This document shows positions 32,578-42,229 of a stretch of DNA of 64,000 nt, piece after piece. Both the position numbers and the translations under genes were made by a program. A model generated the notes under the pieces. The model worked only from the letters and a program-made list of their open reading frames with translations. It had not been told where the DNA came from and did no database searches. The number at the start of each line of letters is the position of its first letter. Position 1 is the stretch's first letter. The stretch is from an uncultured Oleiharenicola sp. (GTDB lineage: Bacteria > Verrucomicrobiota > Verrucomicrobiia > Opitutales > Opitutaceae), in the NCBI GenBank assembly GCA_964423065.1, contig CAYRDN010000001.1, forward strand, positions 188,619-252,618. Reading direction: 5' to 3'.

Positions 32578-34041
32578 ATGTTTTCCCGACTCATCGTCTG
32601 GCTCGTTCTTGCTGCGCTCGTCGCGCTGGTTCCGCTGCCGGGCAGGGAGAAGAACGGCTGGCCGTTTTACGTGGAGCAGATGAACCCCGACGGCACTCTC
32701 GCCTCCGGCGAATATGCCGTCCCGTTTGGGTTCGTGGCGAACGGCGCGGATGGCACGCGGTGGACGGGAATCCGGCCGGTGTACGGGCATGTCCGGGCCG
32801 GCCCGCGGGAGACGACGTACCTGTTTTATCCGCTGTTCATGTGGCAGCGGGACGGCGACGACCGCTCCTTCAGCTTTTTCCAGCTCGTCAACTTCGGCCG
32901 GCTCACCGATCCCGGGGAGGGCACGGTCCGCAATTTCGATGTGTGGCCGTTTTATTTTTCGCGGGAGTCGGGTGATCCGGCGGAAGACTACCGGGCGCTC
33001 TTCCCGCTCGGCGGCACGCTCAAGCACCGCCTGGGCAAGGACCGCATCCATTTTGTCCTCTTTCCGCTTTATGCCGAGATCGAGAACAGCGGCACGCGGA
33101 CCCGGCACATCCCGTGGCCCTTCCTGCGTTTCATCGACGGGGCTGGGGCCCATGGTTTTGAATTCTGGCCCTTGTTCGGCCATCAGGGACGGGCGGGGGA
33201 CTACGACAGCCGGTTCTATCTCTGGCCGTTCATCTACAAGTCCGTGCGCCACCTCGATGACCCCCAGCCGACGGTCAGCCTGGGCGTCCTGCCCTTATAC
33301 GCCCGCGACACGGCCCCGGGTTTCGTCAGCGTGACCTACGCGTGGCCGTTCTTCGGCTACACGCACCGCACCGATCCGGTCCGCTACGATGAGCAGCGCT
33401 ACGGCTGGCCGTTTTTCGTGCAGGGCCGCGGCGACCAGCACTATGTCAACCGCTGGGCCCCCTTCTACACGCATTCCGTGGTCAAGGGCTACGACAAGAC
33501 CTGGCTGGCCTGGCCGGTTTACCGGCACGCCGTCTGGGCGGATGCCGGCATCGCCCAGGAGAAAAACCAGCTGCTGATGTTCCTCTACTGGTCGCTGACC
33601 CAGCGCAGCACGACCAATCCCGCCGCCGCCCCGGCCCGCAAGACCCATGTCTGGCCGCTCCTGAGCTGGTGGGACAACGGGGCCGGCCGCCGGCAGCTGC
33701 AACTGCTCAGCCCGTTTGAGGTCTTCTTCCCGAACAATGTGCCCGTCCGCCACCTCTATTCGCCGCTGCTGGCCGTGTACCGCTTCGACCAGCGCGCACC
33801 CGGCGACACCCGCCATGCCGTGCTCTTCGACCTGGTGGGCTGGAGCGAGTCACCCGCGGAAAAGGAATTCCATTTCGGCCCGCTGTTCCACTCGAGCACC
33901 ACGCCCCGGCAGGCGCGGGTGTCCCTGGGCCTCGGCCTTTTCGTCTGGCGGCGGGCGCCGGACCGGCCGGCCTGGAGATTTTCCCTGTTCGATTTTTCCC
34001 CGAAAGCGGATAACAAGGCCCTTGCGGCCAAGTCGCCATGA
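32578..34041 (+). CDS. Exported aromatic-rich repeat protein (about 19 W/F-P-F/L-F/Y motifs), first gene of the MCE operon
   Basis: N-terminal signal-like segment; recurring WPFY/FPLY/WPFF; stop overlaps mlaE start (ATGA). Confidence 0.75.
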   Translation: MFSRLIVWLVLAALVALVPLPGREKNGWPFYVEQMNPDGTLASGEYAVPFGFVANGADGTRWTGIRPVYGHVRAGPRETTYLFYPLFMWQRDGDDRSFSFFQLVNFGRLTDPGEGTVRNFDVWPFYFSRESGDPAEDYRALFPLGGTLKHRLGKDRIHFVLFPLYAEIENSGTRTRHIPWPFLRFIDGAGAHGFEFWPLFGHQGRAGDYDSRFYLWPFIYKSVRHLDDPQPTVSLGVLPLYARDTAPGFVSVTYAWPFFGYTHRTDPVRYDEQRYGWPFFVQGRGDQHYVNRWAPFYTHSVVKGYDKTWLAWPVYRHAVWADAGIAQEKNQLLMFLYWSLTQRSTTNPAAAPARKTHVWPLLSWWDNGAGRRQLQLLSPFEVFFPNNVPVRHLYSPLLAVYRFDQRAPGDTRHAVLFDLVGWSESPAEKEFHFGPLFHSSTTPRQARVSLGLGLFVWRRAPDRPAWRFSLFDFSPKADNKALAAKSP

Positions 34042-34799
34042 AATACCTGTCCCTCGTCCTTGAAAACATCGGCGGCACGCTGCTGCTGATGGTGCGCGCC
34101 CTGAAGTATGCGCCCACCCTCCCGCGCCAGTTCCCGCGCTTCATCGAGCAGTGCTATCTCATCGGCTACACCACGCTGCCGATCGTCACCATCCTCAGCT
34201 TCTTCATCGGCAGCGTCCTCGCGCTCCAGAGCGGCTACAGCATGGAGAACTTCGGCGCCAAGCAGTTCATCGGCACGCTCGTCGGCCTGACCATGGCCCG
34301 CGAGCTCGGGCCCATGATGGTCGCCATCCTCGTGACCGGCCGCGTGGGCTCCGCCATCACCGCCGAGCTCGCCTCGATGAAGGTCTACCAGGAGGTCGAC
34401 GCCCTCGTCACCATGAACATCCCGCCCGAGCGCATGCTGGTCCTGCCGCGGCTGGCGGCCATCCTCGTCATGATGCCCATCCTGGCCATCATCGCCAACC
34501 TCTGCGGCTGGTACGGCGGGGCGCTCGTCTGCCAGTACACCCACTTCATCTCCGTCGACAGCCAGGCCTACTTCGCCGCCCTCAAGCGCTTCATGGAGCC
34601 GAAGGACATCGTCGACGGCCTGCTCAAGGCCGAGGTGTTCGGCTTCGTCATCGTGCTGGTCTGCTGCTACACCGGCCTCAGCACCCGCGGCGGCCCGCGC
34701 GAGATCGGCGCCGCCGTCACCAAGGCCGTGGTCGCCTCCCTCATCCTCATCCTCGTGCTCGATTACTTCGTGACCAAGGCGCTCCTCTTCACCACATGA
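34038..34799 (+). CDS. mlaE: MCE-system ABC permease
   Basis: RELGP, GRVGSAITAELASMKV, EVDAL, LVLPR, GGPREIGAAVTKAVV. Confidence 0.92.
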   Translation: MKYLSLVLENIGGTLLLMVRALKYAPTLPRQFPRFIEQCYLIGYTTLPIVTILSFFIGSVLALQSGYSMENFGAKQFIGTLVGLTMARELGPMMVAILVTGRVGSAITAELASMKVYQEVDALVTMNIPPERMLVLPRLAAILVMMPILAIIANLCGWYGGALVCQYTHFISVDSQAYFAALKRFMEPKDIVDGLLKAEVFGFVIVLVCCYTGLSTRGGPREIGAAVTKAVVASLILILVLDYFVTKALLFTT

Positions 34800-35599
34800 A
34801 CCCCGCCTTCACCGCCTCCCCCTTTGTCGGCCAGACGTTCGGCGTCACCGTCACCAAGCTGAACAAGCAGTTCGGCCGGACCCCCGTGCTGCGCGACATC
34901 AGCTTCGAGGTGAAACCCGGCGAGATCTTCGCCATCATGGGCCCCAGCGGCTCCGGCAAGAGCGTCCTCCTGCGCTGCATCGCCGCCCTCGAGGTCCCCA
35001 CCAGCGGGGAGGTCCGGATCGGCGAGTTCGACGCGGCCGATCCCGCCACCCGCGACAAGGTGCACCTGGCCCTCGTCTTCCAGGCCGGCGCGCTGTTCAA
35101 CTCGCTCTCGGTCTATGACAACCTCGCCCTCTACCCCCGCGAACACCGGCTGTGCCCCGAGTCGGGCATCCGCGAGCGCGTGATGCACGCGCTGTCGATC
35201 CTCTCCCTCGAGAAGGCCGCGCAGAAATTCCCGTCCGAGCTCTCCGGCGGCATGAAAAAACGCGTCGCCATCGCCCGCGCCCTCGTCATGGAGCCGCAGC
35301 TGCTGCTCTACGACGAGCCGACCTCGGAACTCGACCCGGTGATGGCCGCGACCATCAGCGAGATCATCGCCACCCTCCGCGAGCAGATGGCCGTCACCAG
35401 CATCGTCGTCACCCACGACCGCTCGCTCGCCCTCACCATCGCCGACCGCGTCGCCATCATCATGGACGGCCGCATCCTCGCCACCGGCCGGCCGGACGAG
35501 TTCAAGCACACGACGGACCCGGCCATCAGCAATTTTCTCAATCCGGTCATCGACCTCAAGAATCCCCGCTTCAAACAACTGGAGAACCACCATGAATAA
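34796..35599 (+). CDS. mlaF: MCE-system ABC ATPase
   Basis: GPSGSGKS, FQAGALFNSL, LSGGMKKRVAIARAL, LLYDEPTSELDP, VTHD. Confidence 0.92.
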   Translation: MNPAFTASPFVGQTFGVTVTKLNKQFGRTPVLRDISFEVKPGEIFAIMGPSGSGKSVLLRCIAALEVPTSGEVRIGEFDAADPATRDKVHLALVFQAGALFNSLSVYDNLALYPREHRLCPESGIRERVMHALSILSLEKAAQKFPSELSGGMKKRVAIARALVMEPQLLLYDEPTSELDPVMAATISEIIATLREQMAVTSIVVTHDRSLALTIADRVAIIMDGRILATGRPDEFKHTTDPAISNFLNPVIDLKNPRFKQLENHHE

Positions 35600-36584
35600 C
35601 TCGCAACAAACCATCCGCGTCGGGCTCTTCTTCGTGCTCGGCCTGGCGCTCGCCTGGATCACCTTTGAGTCGCTCAACGGCGGCCACCTCTTCAAGCAGA
35701 GCGGCTACACCATCATCGCCGGCTTCAGCAACCTGAAGGGACTCAAGGTCGGCGACGACGTGCTGATGGCCGGCGTCAAGATCGGCTCCGTCGGCAACAC
35801 CCGGCTCGGCAACCAGCGCGTCGAGGCCGTCCTCACCATCCAGCCCGGCGTGAAGATCCCCACCGACGCCGTGGCCAGCGTCGAGGTCTCCAGTTTGCTC
35901 GGCGCCAATTACCTCGGCGTCAGCTTCGGCACCACCGGCGCCCCCTCGCTGCGCGACGGCGACGAGATCAAGACCCGGAACACGATCGACATGAACGAGG
36001 TCATCAGCCAGCTCGGCAACCTCGGCTCCAAGCTCGAGTCGGTCATCGGCGACATCGGCAAGTCCATGGGCACCGGCGGCGACAAGGGCAGCATCTTCGA
36101 GCGCCTCGACAAGCTCGTCACCGACAACGGCCCCAAGCTCACCGAGACCCTCAGCAACCTCCAGGACATCACCGCCAAGATCAAGAACGGCGACGGCACG
36201 ATCGGCAAGCTCGTCAACGACCCGAAGCTCCACGACGACCTGGTCGCCACCGTGGGCGAGATCAAGGCCGCCGCGGCCGACGCCCGCACCTTCCTCAGCG
36301 ACACCAAGGGCATCGTCGCCGACGTCAAGGGCGGCCGGGGCGCCCTCGGCGTGCTGCTCTACGACGAGCCGACCGCCAGCAGCCTCAAGGTCTCGGTCAA
36401 CAACCTCCGCGAGGTCTCCGACAAGCTCAACAGCGGCAAGGGCACGCTGGGCAAGCTGATCTCCGACGACGGCCTTTACCTGAGCGTGCAGTCCACGATG
36501 AAGAAGGCCGACCGCGCCCTCGAGGGCCTGGGCGACGAGGGCCCGATCACCGCGGTCGGCGTCGTGGCCAGCAAGCTGTTCTGA
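35592..36584 (+). CDS. mlaD: MCE (MlaD) domain protein with long helical C-terminus
   Basis: VGLFFV TM, GLKVGDDVLMAGVKIGSV, SLLGANY; repeated GxGTxGKLxxD. Confidence 0.88.
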   Translation: MNNSQQTIRVGLFFVLGLALAWITFESLNGGHLFKQSGYTIIAGFSNLKGLKVGDDVLMAGVKIGSVGNTRLGNQRVEAVLTIQPGVKIPTDAVASVEVSSLLGANYLGVSFGTTGAPSLRDGDEIKTRNTIDMNEVISQLGNLGSKLESVIGDIGKSMGTGGDKGSIFERLDKLVTDNGPKLTETLSNLQDITAKIKNGDGTIGKLVNDPKLHDDLVATVGEIKAAAADARTFLSDTKGIVADVKGGRGALGVLLYDEPTASSLKVSVNNLREVSDKLNSGKGTLGKLISDDGLYLSVQSTMKKADRALEGLGDEGPITAVGVVASKLF

Positions 36585-36643
36585 ACGGCGGGCGGCCGCC
36601 CTGGGTGCCTTCCGCGCATCCGGGCCGCGGCCGGGCGCGCCGC

Positions 36644-37147
36644 TCAGCCGGTTTTCCTTGGGCGGTAAAGGCCGTCGAACACGGTCGTCCAGGTCTTGCC
36701 GCCATCGGAAGATTGCTCCCAGAGCTGGCGCACGGTGCCGCCGGCGTTCGGCGTCCACGTGATCCGCTGGGCGATGCGCCCGCCGGGTCCGGCCTGTTCG
36801 CCGGCGAGCACCATGCGGCCCTGGACGATCCCGCCGGCCAGTTCAAGCACGCCGCCGTCGCTGCCCACCCAGAATTGCCGCCACGCCTTTTTCTCCGCCT
36901 GGTAGGTGTTGAGGCTCTTGCCCATGAAGCCGCCGGCGCCGGACCAGTTTTCCAGCAGGCCCGCGCCGCCGGCGACCCGTTCAATCCGGCTGGTCCCGGC
37001 GGTTTTTCCATCCGGCGAGGTCACCTCCCAGTCGCCCAGCCAGAAATCAAACTGGCGGGCCTCGGACGGCAGCGCCGGTGGCCGGGCCGGTTGGGCGGAC
37101 AGGGGGCTCATCAGGCCGAGCAGCGCGAGAAGGGGCAGGATTTTCAT
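36644..37147 (-). CDS. Secreted hypothetical protein (DUF1579-like beta-barrel)
   Basis: Signal peptide, 'QFDFWLGDW', 'WEQSSDGGKTW'. Confidence 0.7.
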   Translation of the reverse strand: MKILPLLALLGLMSPLSAQPARPPALPSEARQFDFWLGDWEVTSPDGKTAGTSRIERVAGGAGLLENWSGAGGFMGKSLNTYQAEKKAWRQFWVGSDGGVLELAGGIVQGRMVLAGEQAGPGGRIAQRITWTPNAGGTVRQLWEQSSDGGKTWTTVFDGLYRPRKTG

Positions 37148-37214
37148 CGGGAAAGGAACGGACCCGGCCGGGGCAGTGGCCGGGTCCTCCCTGTCCGGAT
37201 GCCCGGATACGGCC

Positions 37215-40103
37215 TCAGAAGCTGTACTTGGCGTTGACATAAAACATGCGGCCGATGGAGCCGTTGTAGGTGGCGACATCCGCGTTGGTGTCGGAAAAAG
37301 CATCCGGGGCCAGCGGTGGTATCCGGTCGAAGACATTGTTCACGCCGACGGTGACCTTCAGCCCGTCCAGCCCGTGCCCGAGGTGCAGGGCCTTGAAGTC
37401 GTAGGTCAGCCCCAGGTCGAACTGGGTGTAGGACGCCACCGGGGCCGGCGTCGAGGCGGTCGAGCCGCCCGTCCCGATGTCCGCCACGCTCGCGACGAAG
37501 GTGTGGCCGACGAACGCGTCCCAGCTCTTGCGCTTCCAGTCCAGGATCGTGTACGTGCGGTACTTCGGGACCGTGCCCGCGCCGCCGATGAGCTTGGTCG
37601 CGAAGCCGGCGTACTCGTAGAACGGCTCCGACGTGACGTTCTGGATCTTGTAGCTCTCGTACCAGGTGAGGGAGCTGGACAGGTCGAGGCGGCTGGCGCC
37701 GGGCAGGTGGACGACATAGTCGACCGCGAGATCGGAGCTTTTCACGTCCGTGCCGGCCAGGTTGAGCTGGTTGTTGATGATCCAGATCGCCTGGGGCGAG
37801 TGCGAGCTGATCTGGCCGGGACCGGTCAGCAGCGCCCCGGTGGGCGTGTTGAGGTGCACGAGGCCGATGTACGGCGACGCCGTGCCGCGGTTCTCCACAT
37901 CCTGGATGATCGTGCCCTGGGGAATCCGGCCCACGATGCCCGACTGCTTGATGATCGAGTAATCCAACGTGACGCTGAGGTCCTTGACCGCCGGCGGCGT
38001 CCAGACGAATCCCGCCGACCAGGTCGTGGCGGTCGAGGGCTTCAGCAGGGGGTTGGCGCCGCCGGTGGCGTTGAACTGGATGTTGGTCTTCTTCACGCCG
38101 CCCACCGTGGTGTAGTTGATGCTGTCGGATGAACCCGAGGTGACGGGGCCGAGGAGGCTGTAGAGCTGCGGCGCCACGAACGACTTGCCGGCGGAGGCGC
38201 GGAACTTGAGGTGGTCGTCGACCGGCTGCCAGCTCACGCTGTACTTGGGGACGGTGGACGCGCCCACGCTCGTTCCGTAGTTGTCGTAGCGGACCGCGAT
38301 GTCCGCGTTGAGCGCGTGCACGGCTGCCAGGTGCTGGCTGCCGCCGACGAGCGGCAGCTCGACCTCGGCGAAGTAGGAGGTGACCGAGCGCGTGGCGTTG
38401 AAATCCTTGTAGGTGGTGGCGTTGGACCAGCCCTGGGTCGTGCCGGCGGCATTGGGCAGGCTGTTGACGTCGGGGACCGCGCCCAACCCCTCGCGCAGGA
38501 AGACCGCGCCGAGGGCGAACCCGGCTTTGCCGCCCGGCAGCTCGTAGGGCGTGCCCCGCAGGGTGAAGTCGAAGGTGTGAAGCGTGCTCAGCATGTTGAC
38601 AAAGGCCTCGCCCGTCACCCCGTCGAAGGCCCCGGGCGCCTGGACCCGCGCCCAGGGGTTGATCTGCCCGTCGTTGAGCGCGTTCTGCAGGGCGTTGGTG
38701 TCGATCAGGCCCGAGTTCGTGTAGTTCAGCTCGATGCGGTTGAGGTTGGCGGCGGCCTCCCACGAGTAATTCTCGTTGATCCGGCCCTTCAGGCCGCCGA
38801 CCACGCGGAAGAGGGTCGTGTCATTGTTGTAGATGCGCGGATAGGTGATGAAGCGGTTGCGCACGAACATCAGGTTGCCCGCGCTGCCGTCGGCGGGCGC
38901 CGTCTGGTCCACGTACGCCGGGGAGAACGGGTTGGTCGGGGCCGTCGTCGGCACGTAGGTGGTGCCGGCCGGCGGCGGCGTGAAGCCGAACAGCACGTCG
39001 GTGTCAATGTACGCGTCCTGCAGGTAAGGCACCACGGGCTGCGCATTGAGCGAGCTCCACGTCTTGGTGTTGGCCGCCAGGATGTCGGCGAATCCCTCGA
39101 GGCTCCCGCCGAAGATCTGGTGCGTGAGGTTGATCACGGTGCTGTAGCGCTTGAGGTAGCCCGCCAGGGTCTGGCCGCTGGCGAGATTGAACACATGCAG
39201 GGCGGTGTCGTCGGACACCGGGGCATAGACGTTGGCCGCCACCAGGTCGGCGATGGTGTGGGTGCCGCCGCCGGGCGGGGCGTTGAGCGTGGGATTCAGC
39301 TGGTAGAACTGGTCGTTGCCCGTGGCCAGGTCGGTGATGTCGATGATGCCCGGGTAGGTGCGCGTGCCGTAGATCGGGTTGGTCAGCGGCCGGTCCTTCA
39401 TCAGGATCGCATCGTGCTCGGTGTAATCCAGCCCGACCATGATGGAAGTCCGGTCGTTGCTGGAACCGCCCACGAGGTAGCCCGTGCGCTCGGTGTAGTG
39501 GCCGTCGTTGCGGGAAAACCCGTAGTGCCCGCCGGTTTCCCAGCCGTTGTAGTTTTTCTTCAGGATGACATTGATGACGCCGCCCACGGCGTCCGAGCCG
39601 TAGATCGCCGAGGCGCCGTCGGACAGCACCTCGACCTGCTCGATGGCGGCCGGGGGGATCAGGTTCAGGTCGACGAACTGGTAGCCCCCGGTGCTTTCCG
39701 CCGGGGAGAACGCCACCCGGCGGCCGTTGATCAGGACGAGGGTGCCGAGGCCCTTGATCGTCACGGTCGCGCCGCCGAAGGTGTTGCCGTTGGAGATCGT
39801 CGCGTTTTCCTGGCCGATGCCGCTGATGTTCGTCCCGCTCTTCCGCAGGATGTCCAGCAGGTCGGTGCTGACGCCCGTCTGCTCCATCTGCTGGGTGCCG
39901 ATCACGGACACCGGCACCGCCAGCGCGGCCGAGGCGGCCGGGATGTTCGAGCCGGTGACGACAAACTTCTCGAGTTTCACGGTCTCGCCGGCACTGTCCG
40001 CGGCGGCCGATTGCTGGGCGAAAGCGGCGTGGGCCGCGAACAGGGACAGCGCGGCCGCCGCCAGGAGGCGGGACCACGCGACGGAGGCGTGTGCTGAGTT
40101 CAT
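37215..40103 (-). CDS. TonB-dependent outer-membrane receptor
   Basis: Signal peptide, 'EKFVVTGS', plug 'TLVLINGRR...IEQVEVLSDGASAIYGSDAVGGVINVIL', NPLLKP, C-terminal 'GRMFYVNAKYSF'. Confidence 0.95.
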   Translation of the reverse strand: MNSAHASVAWSRLLAAAALSLFAAHAAFAQQSAAADSAGETVKLEKFVVTGSNIPAASAALAVPVSVIGTQQMEQTGVSTDLLDILRKSGTNISGIGQENATISNGNTFGGATVTIKGLGTLVLINGRRVAFSPAESTGGYQFVDLNLIPPAAIEQVEVLSDGASAIYGSDAVGGVINVILKKNYNGWETGGHYGFSRNDGHYTERTGYLVGGSSNDRTSIMVGLDYTEHDAILMKDRPLTNPIYGTRTYPGIIDITDLATGNDQFYQLNPTLNAPPGGGTHTIADLVAANVYAPVSDDTALHVFNLASGQTLAGYLKRYSTVINLTHQIFGGSLEGFADILAANTKTWSSLNAQPVVPYLQDAYIDTDVLFGFTPPPAGTTYVPTTAPTNPFSPAYVDQTAPADGSAGNLMFVRNRFITYPRIYNNDTTLFRVVGGLKGRINENYSWEAAANLNRIELNYTNSGLIDTNALQNALNDGQINPWARVQAPGAFDGVTGEAFVNMLSTLHTFDFTLRGTPYELPGGKAGFALGAVFLREGLGAVPDVNSLPNAAGTTQGWSNATTYKDFNATRSVTSYFAEVELPLVGGSQHLAAVHALNADIAVRYDNYGTSVGASTVPKYSVSWQPVDDHLKFRASAGKSFVAPQLYSLLGPVTSGSSDSINYTTVGGVKKTNIQFNATGGANPLLKPSTATTWSAGFVWTPPAVKDLSVTLDYSIIKQSGIVGRIPQGTIIQDVENRGTASPYIGLVHLNTPTGALLTGPGQISSHSPQAIWIINNQLNLAGTDVKSSDLAVDYVVHLPGASRLDLSSSLTWYESYKIQNVTSEPFYEYAGFATKLIGGAGTVPKYRTYTILDWKRKSWDAFVGHTFVASVADIGTGGSTASTPAPVASYTQFDLGLTYDFKALHLGHGLDGLKVTVGVNNVFDRIPPLAPDAFSDTNADVATYNGSIGRMFYVNAKYSF

Positions 40104-40277
40104 GCGTTTGCGGGTGTGGTGCGAGCTGGGCGGGTCGTCGCCCCCTCTTGGGCGGCGAGTAGACGCGCGCCTGGGCGGGGCGCACAATGGCCGTGCGACG
40201 GGCCTACATCCGGCCAATGTCCCCCGGTCTCGGCCGCGGCCCAGCCGCCAACTTGCCGCGTCCGGCCGGCAAAAACT

Positions 40278-41090
40278 TCAGAGGTGCGACTTGAGGTCGT
40301 GCACAAAGGTGCGGCTGACCTTGAGCCGGGTCCCGTTGGTCAGCTCCACGGTGTACTCGCCGTAGAGCGCGGGGCTGGTCTTGCGCATGTGCTGCAGGTT
40401 GACGATTGTGGAGCGGTGGATGCGGACGAAATGCACCGGATCGAGCTTCGCCAGCATCCGGTGCAGGGACATGCGCACGAAGCGGGACTTGTCGGTGAGA
40501 TGCAGGCGCACGTAGTCGCCGTCCGACTCGATCCATTGGATGTCCGCGGGCGCCATCACGTGGATCTCGCCGTCGCACCGGATGAACAGCCGGCCGTCGC
40601 CCTCCCGGGCCTTGGCGGCCGGGAGCAGGGCGGCCCCCTCGCGCATCTGCTGCAGCGCCGCCATGACCTCCTCGAGCCGGCGGGCCAGGCTCTGCCGGTC
40701 GCGCGCGCGCACCGCGGTCTTGGCCCGCAGGAGCGCCTCGGCAAAGCGCGCGCGGTTGAATGGCTTGAGCACGTAGTCGACCGCGTGCACCTCGAAGGCC
40801 TGCAGGGCGAAATGATCGTACGCCGTCACAAAGACCACCTGCGGCAGCAGGGCGGCGGGCAGCTTGGCCAGCACCTCGAAGCCGGTCATGCCGGGCATCT
40901 GCACGTCGAGGAACAGCAGGTCGGGCCGGTGCTGCCGGATGGCTTCCGCGGCCTGCAGGCCGTCGCTGCACTGGGCGACGATCCGGATCTCCGGGTCGTC
41001 GCGCAGCAGGACCTCGATGTTTTCCCGCGCCAGCACCTCATCGTCGACGATCAGGGTGCGCACGGTGCCGGTGGGGGGGCTGATTTTCAT
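40278..41090 (-). CDS. LytTR-family response regulator
   Basis: IVDDE, FLDVQMPGMTG, VFVTAYD, DYVLKP; 'FVRIHRSTIVN', 'VSR'. Confidence 0.95.
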   Translation of the reverse strand: MKISPPTGTVRTLIVDDEVLARENIEVLLRDDPEIRIVAQCSDGLQAAEAIRQHRPDLLFLDVQMPGMTGFEVLAKLPAALLPQVVFVTAYDHFALQAFEVHAVDYVLKPFNRARFAEALLRAKTAVRARDRQSLARRLEEVMAALQQMREGAALLPAAKAREGDGRLFIRCDGEIHVMAPADIQWIESDGDYVRLHLTDKSRFVRMSLHRMLAKLDPVHFVRIHRSTIVNLQHMRKTSPALYGEYTVELTNGTRLKVSRTFVHDLKSHL

Positions 41091-42229
41091 GGGGTGTGGG
41101 TTTGAAAGGGCAGGATGACCTCGGCGCGGACCCCGTGCGGCGGCTGGTCGCGCAGGCGCAGGCGGGCCTCGTCGCCGTAGAGCATCTGCAGCCGGCTGAC
41201 GGTGTTCTGGATCCCGATGCCGTTACGGAGCACGGCGTCGTCCCGCGGCAGCGGCGGCCCGTCGTTGTAGACGGTCAGGATCAGTCGCGTGCCGTCGCGG
41301 ACCGCGCTGATGCGCAGGAGCCGGGCCGCGGGATCCTGGGCGATGCCGTGTTTCATGGCGTTTTCCACCAACGGCTGCAGCATGAGGCTGGGCACGAGGG
41401 CGGACCGGCAGCCGGGCGCGATGTCGTACTCGACCTGCAGCCGGTCCTGGAAACGGATGCACTCGATGTCGAAATACCGGCGCAGGAACACGAGGGCGTC
41501 TGCCATCGTCTCCATCGCCTCCTGCCGGTGATCCAGCGAGCGGCGCAGCAGCTCGCCCAGGCCGGCGACCACATCCTCCGCCTCGCGGGTGCGGTCCTTC
41601 CGGATCAGGGCCGTGATCGAGTTCAGGGTGTTGAACAGGAAATGCGGGTGCAGCTGCATCTTCAGGGCGTCGAGGCTGGCGCGCACCAGCCGGGTTTCCA
41701 GCTGCGCGTTGGCCACCTTGAGCTCCTGGGTCAGCCGCAGCCCGGCGCGCCATTCGCGGTAGAAGCTGACGGCATAGAGCGCGAAGATCAGCAGCAGGTA
41801 GACCAGCGCCGGGAGATAGTTCCACCCGCCCATTTCCCGCAGGTCGCCGATCACGACGGGGAGGAACGAGACCGGCAGGTGGTTGGCCACCACCAGCCGG
41901 AACGCGGCGAGGAAGATGAAGAGCGCCGTGACCAGCGCGGCGGCGAGTGCGTGCAACGCGAGGGTCCAGGGCCAGCGCCAGTCGACCATGGTCAGGTTTT
42001 GCTGCATCCACAGCGCCGCCGGCACCAGCAGCCACCAGAGGAGCCCGAGGGGCCACTGGTTCAGCCTGGTGTAGCGGAACGCCGCGTCGGGCTCGCCCCG
42101 CAGCCATGGGGCGGCGTCCCAGAGCAGGAGGGCGGCCAGGACGAGCGTGACCGCCAGCCACATTCCGAGCCAGAACCGCCCGCTGCGCCAGAGGGGAAAG
42201 GCCGAAGGTGCCGTGTCCGGGTCCATCAT
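41087..42229 (-). CDS. LytS/YehU-type sensor histidine kinase
   Basis: 4 TM; 'LKMQLHPHFLFNTLN', 'LQPLVENAMKHG', 'GIGIQN'; ATGA overlaps on both sides. Confidence 0.93.
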   Translation of the reverse strand: MMDPDTAPSAFPLWRSGRFWLGMWLAVTLVLAALLLWDAAPWLRGEPDAAFRYTRLNQWPLGLLWWLLVPAALWMQQNLTMVDWRWPWTLALHALAAALVTALFIFLAAFRLVVANHLPVSFLPVVIGDLREMGGWNYLPALVYLLLIFALYAVSFYREWRAGLRLTQELKVANAQLETRLVRASLDALKMQLHPHFLFNTLNSITALIRKDRTREAEDVVAGLGELLRRSLDHRQEAMETMADALVFLRRYFDIECIRFQDRLQVEYDIAPGCRSALVPSLMLQPLVENAMKHGIAQDPAARLLRISAVRDGTRLILTVYNDGPPLPRDDAVLRNGIGIQNTVSRLQMLYGDEARLRLRDQPPHGVRAEVILPFQTHTP

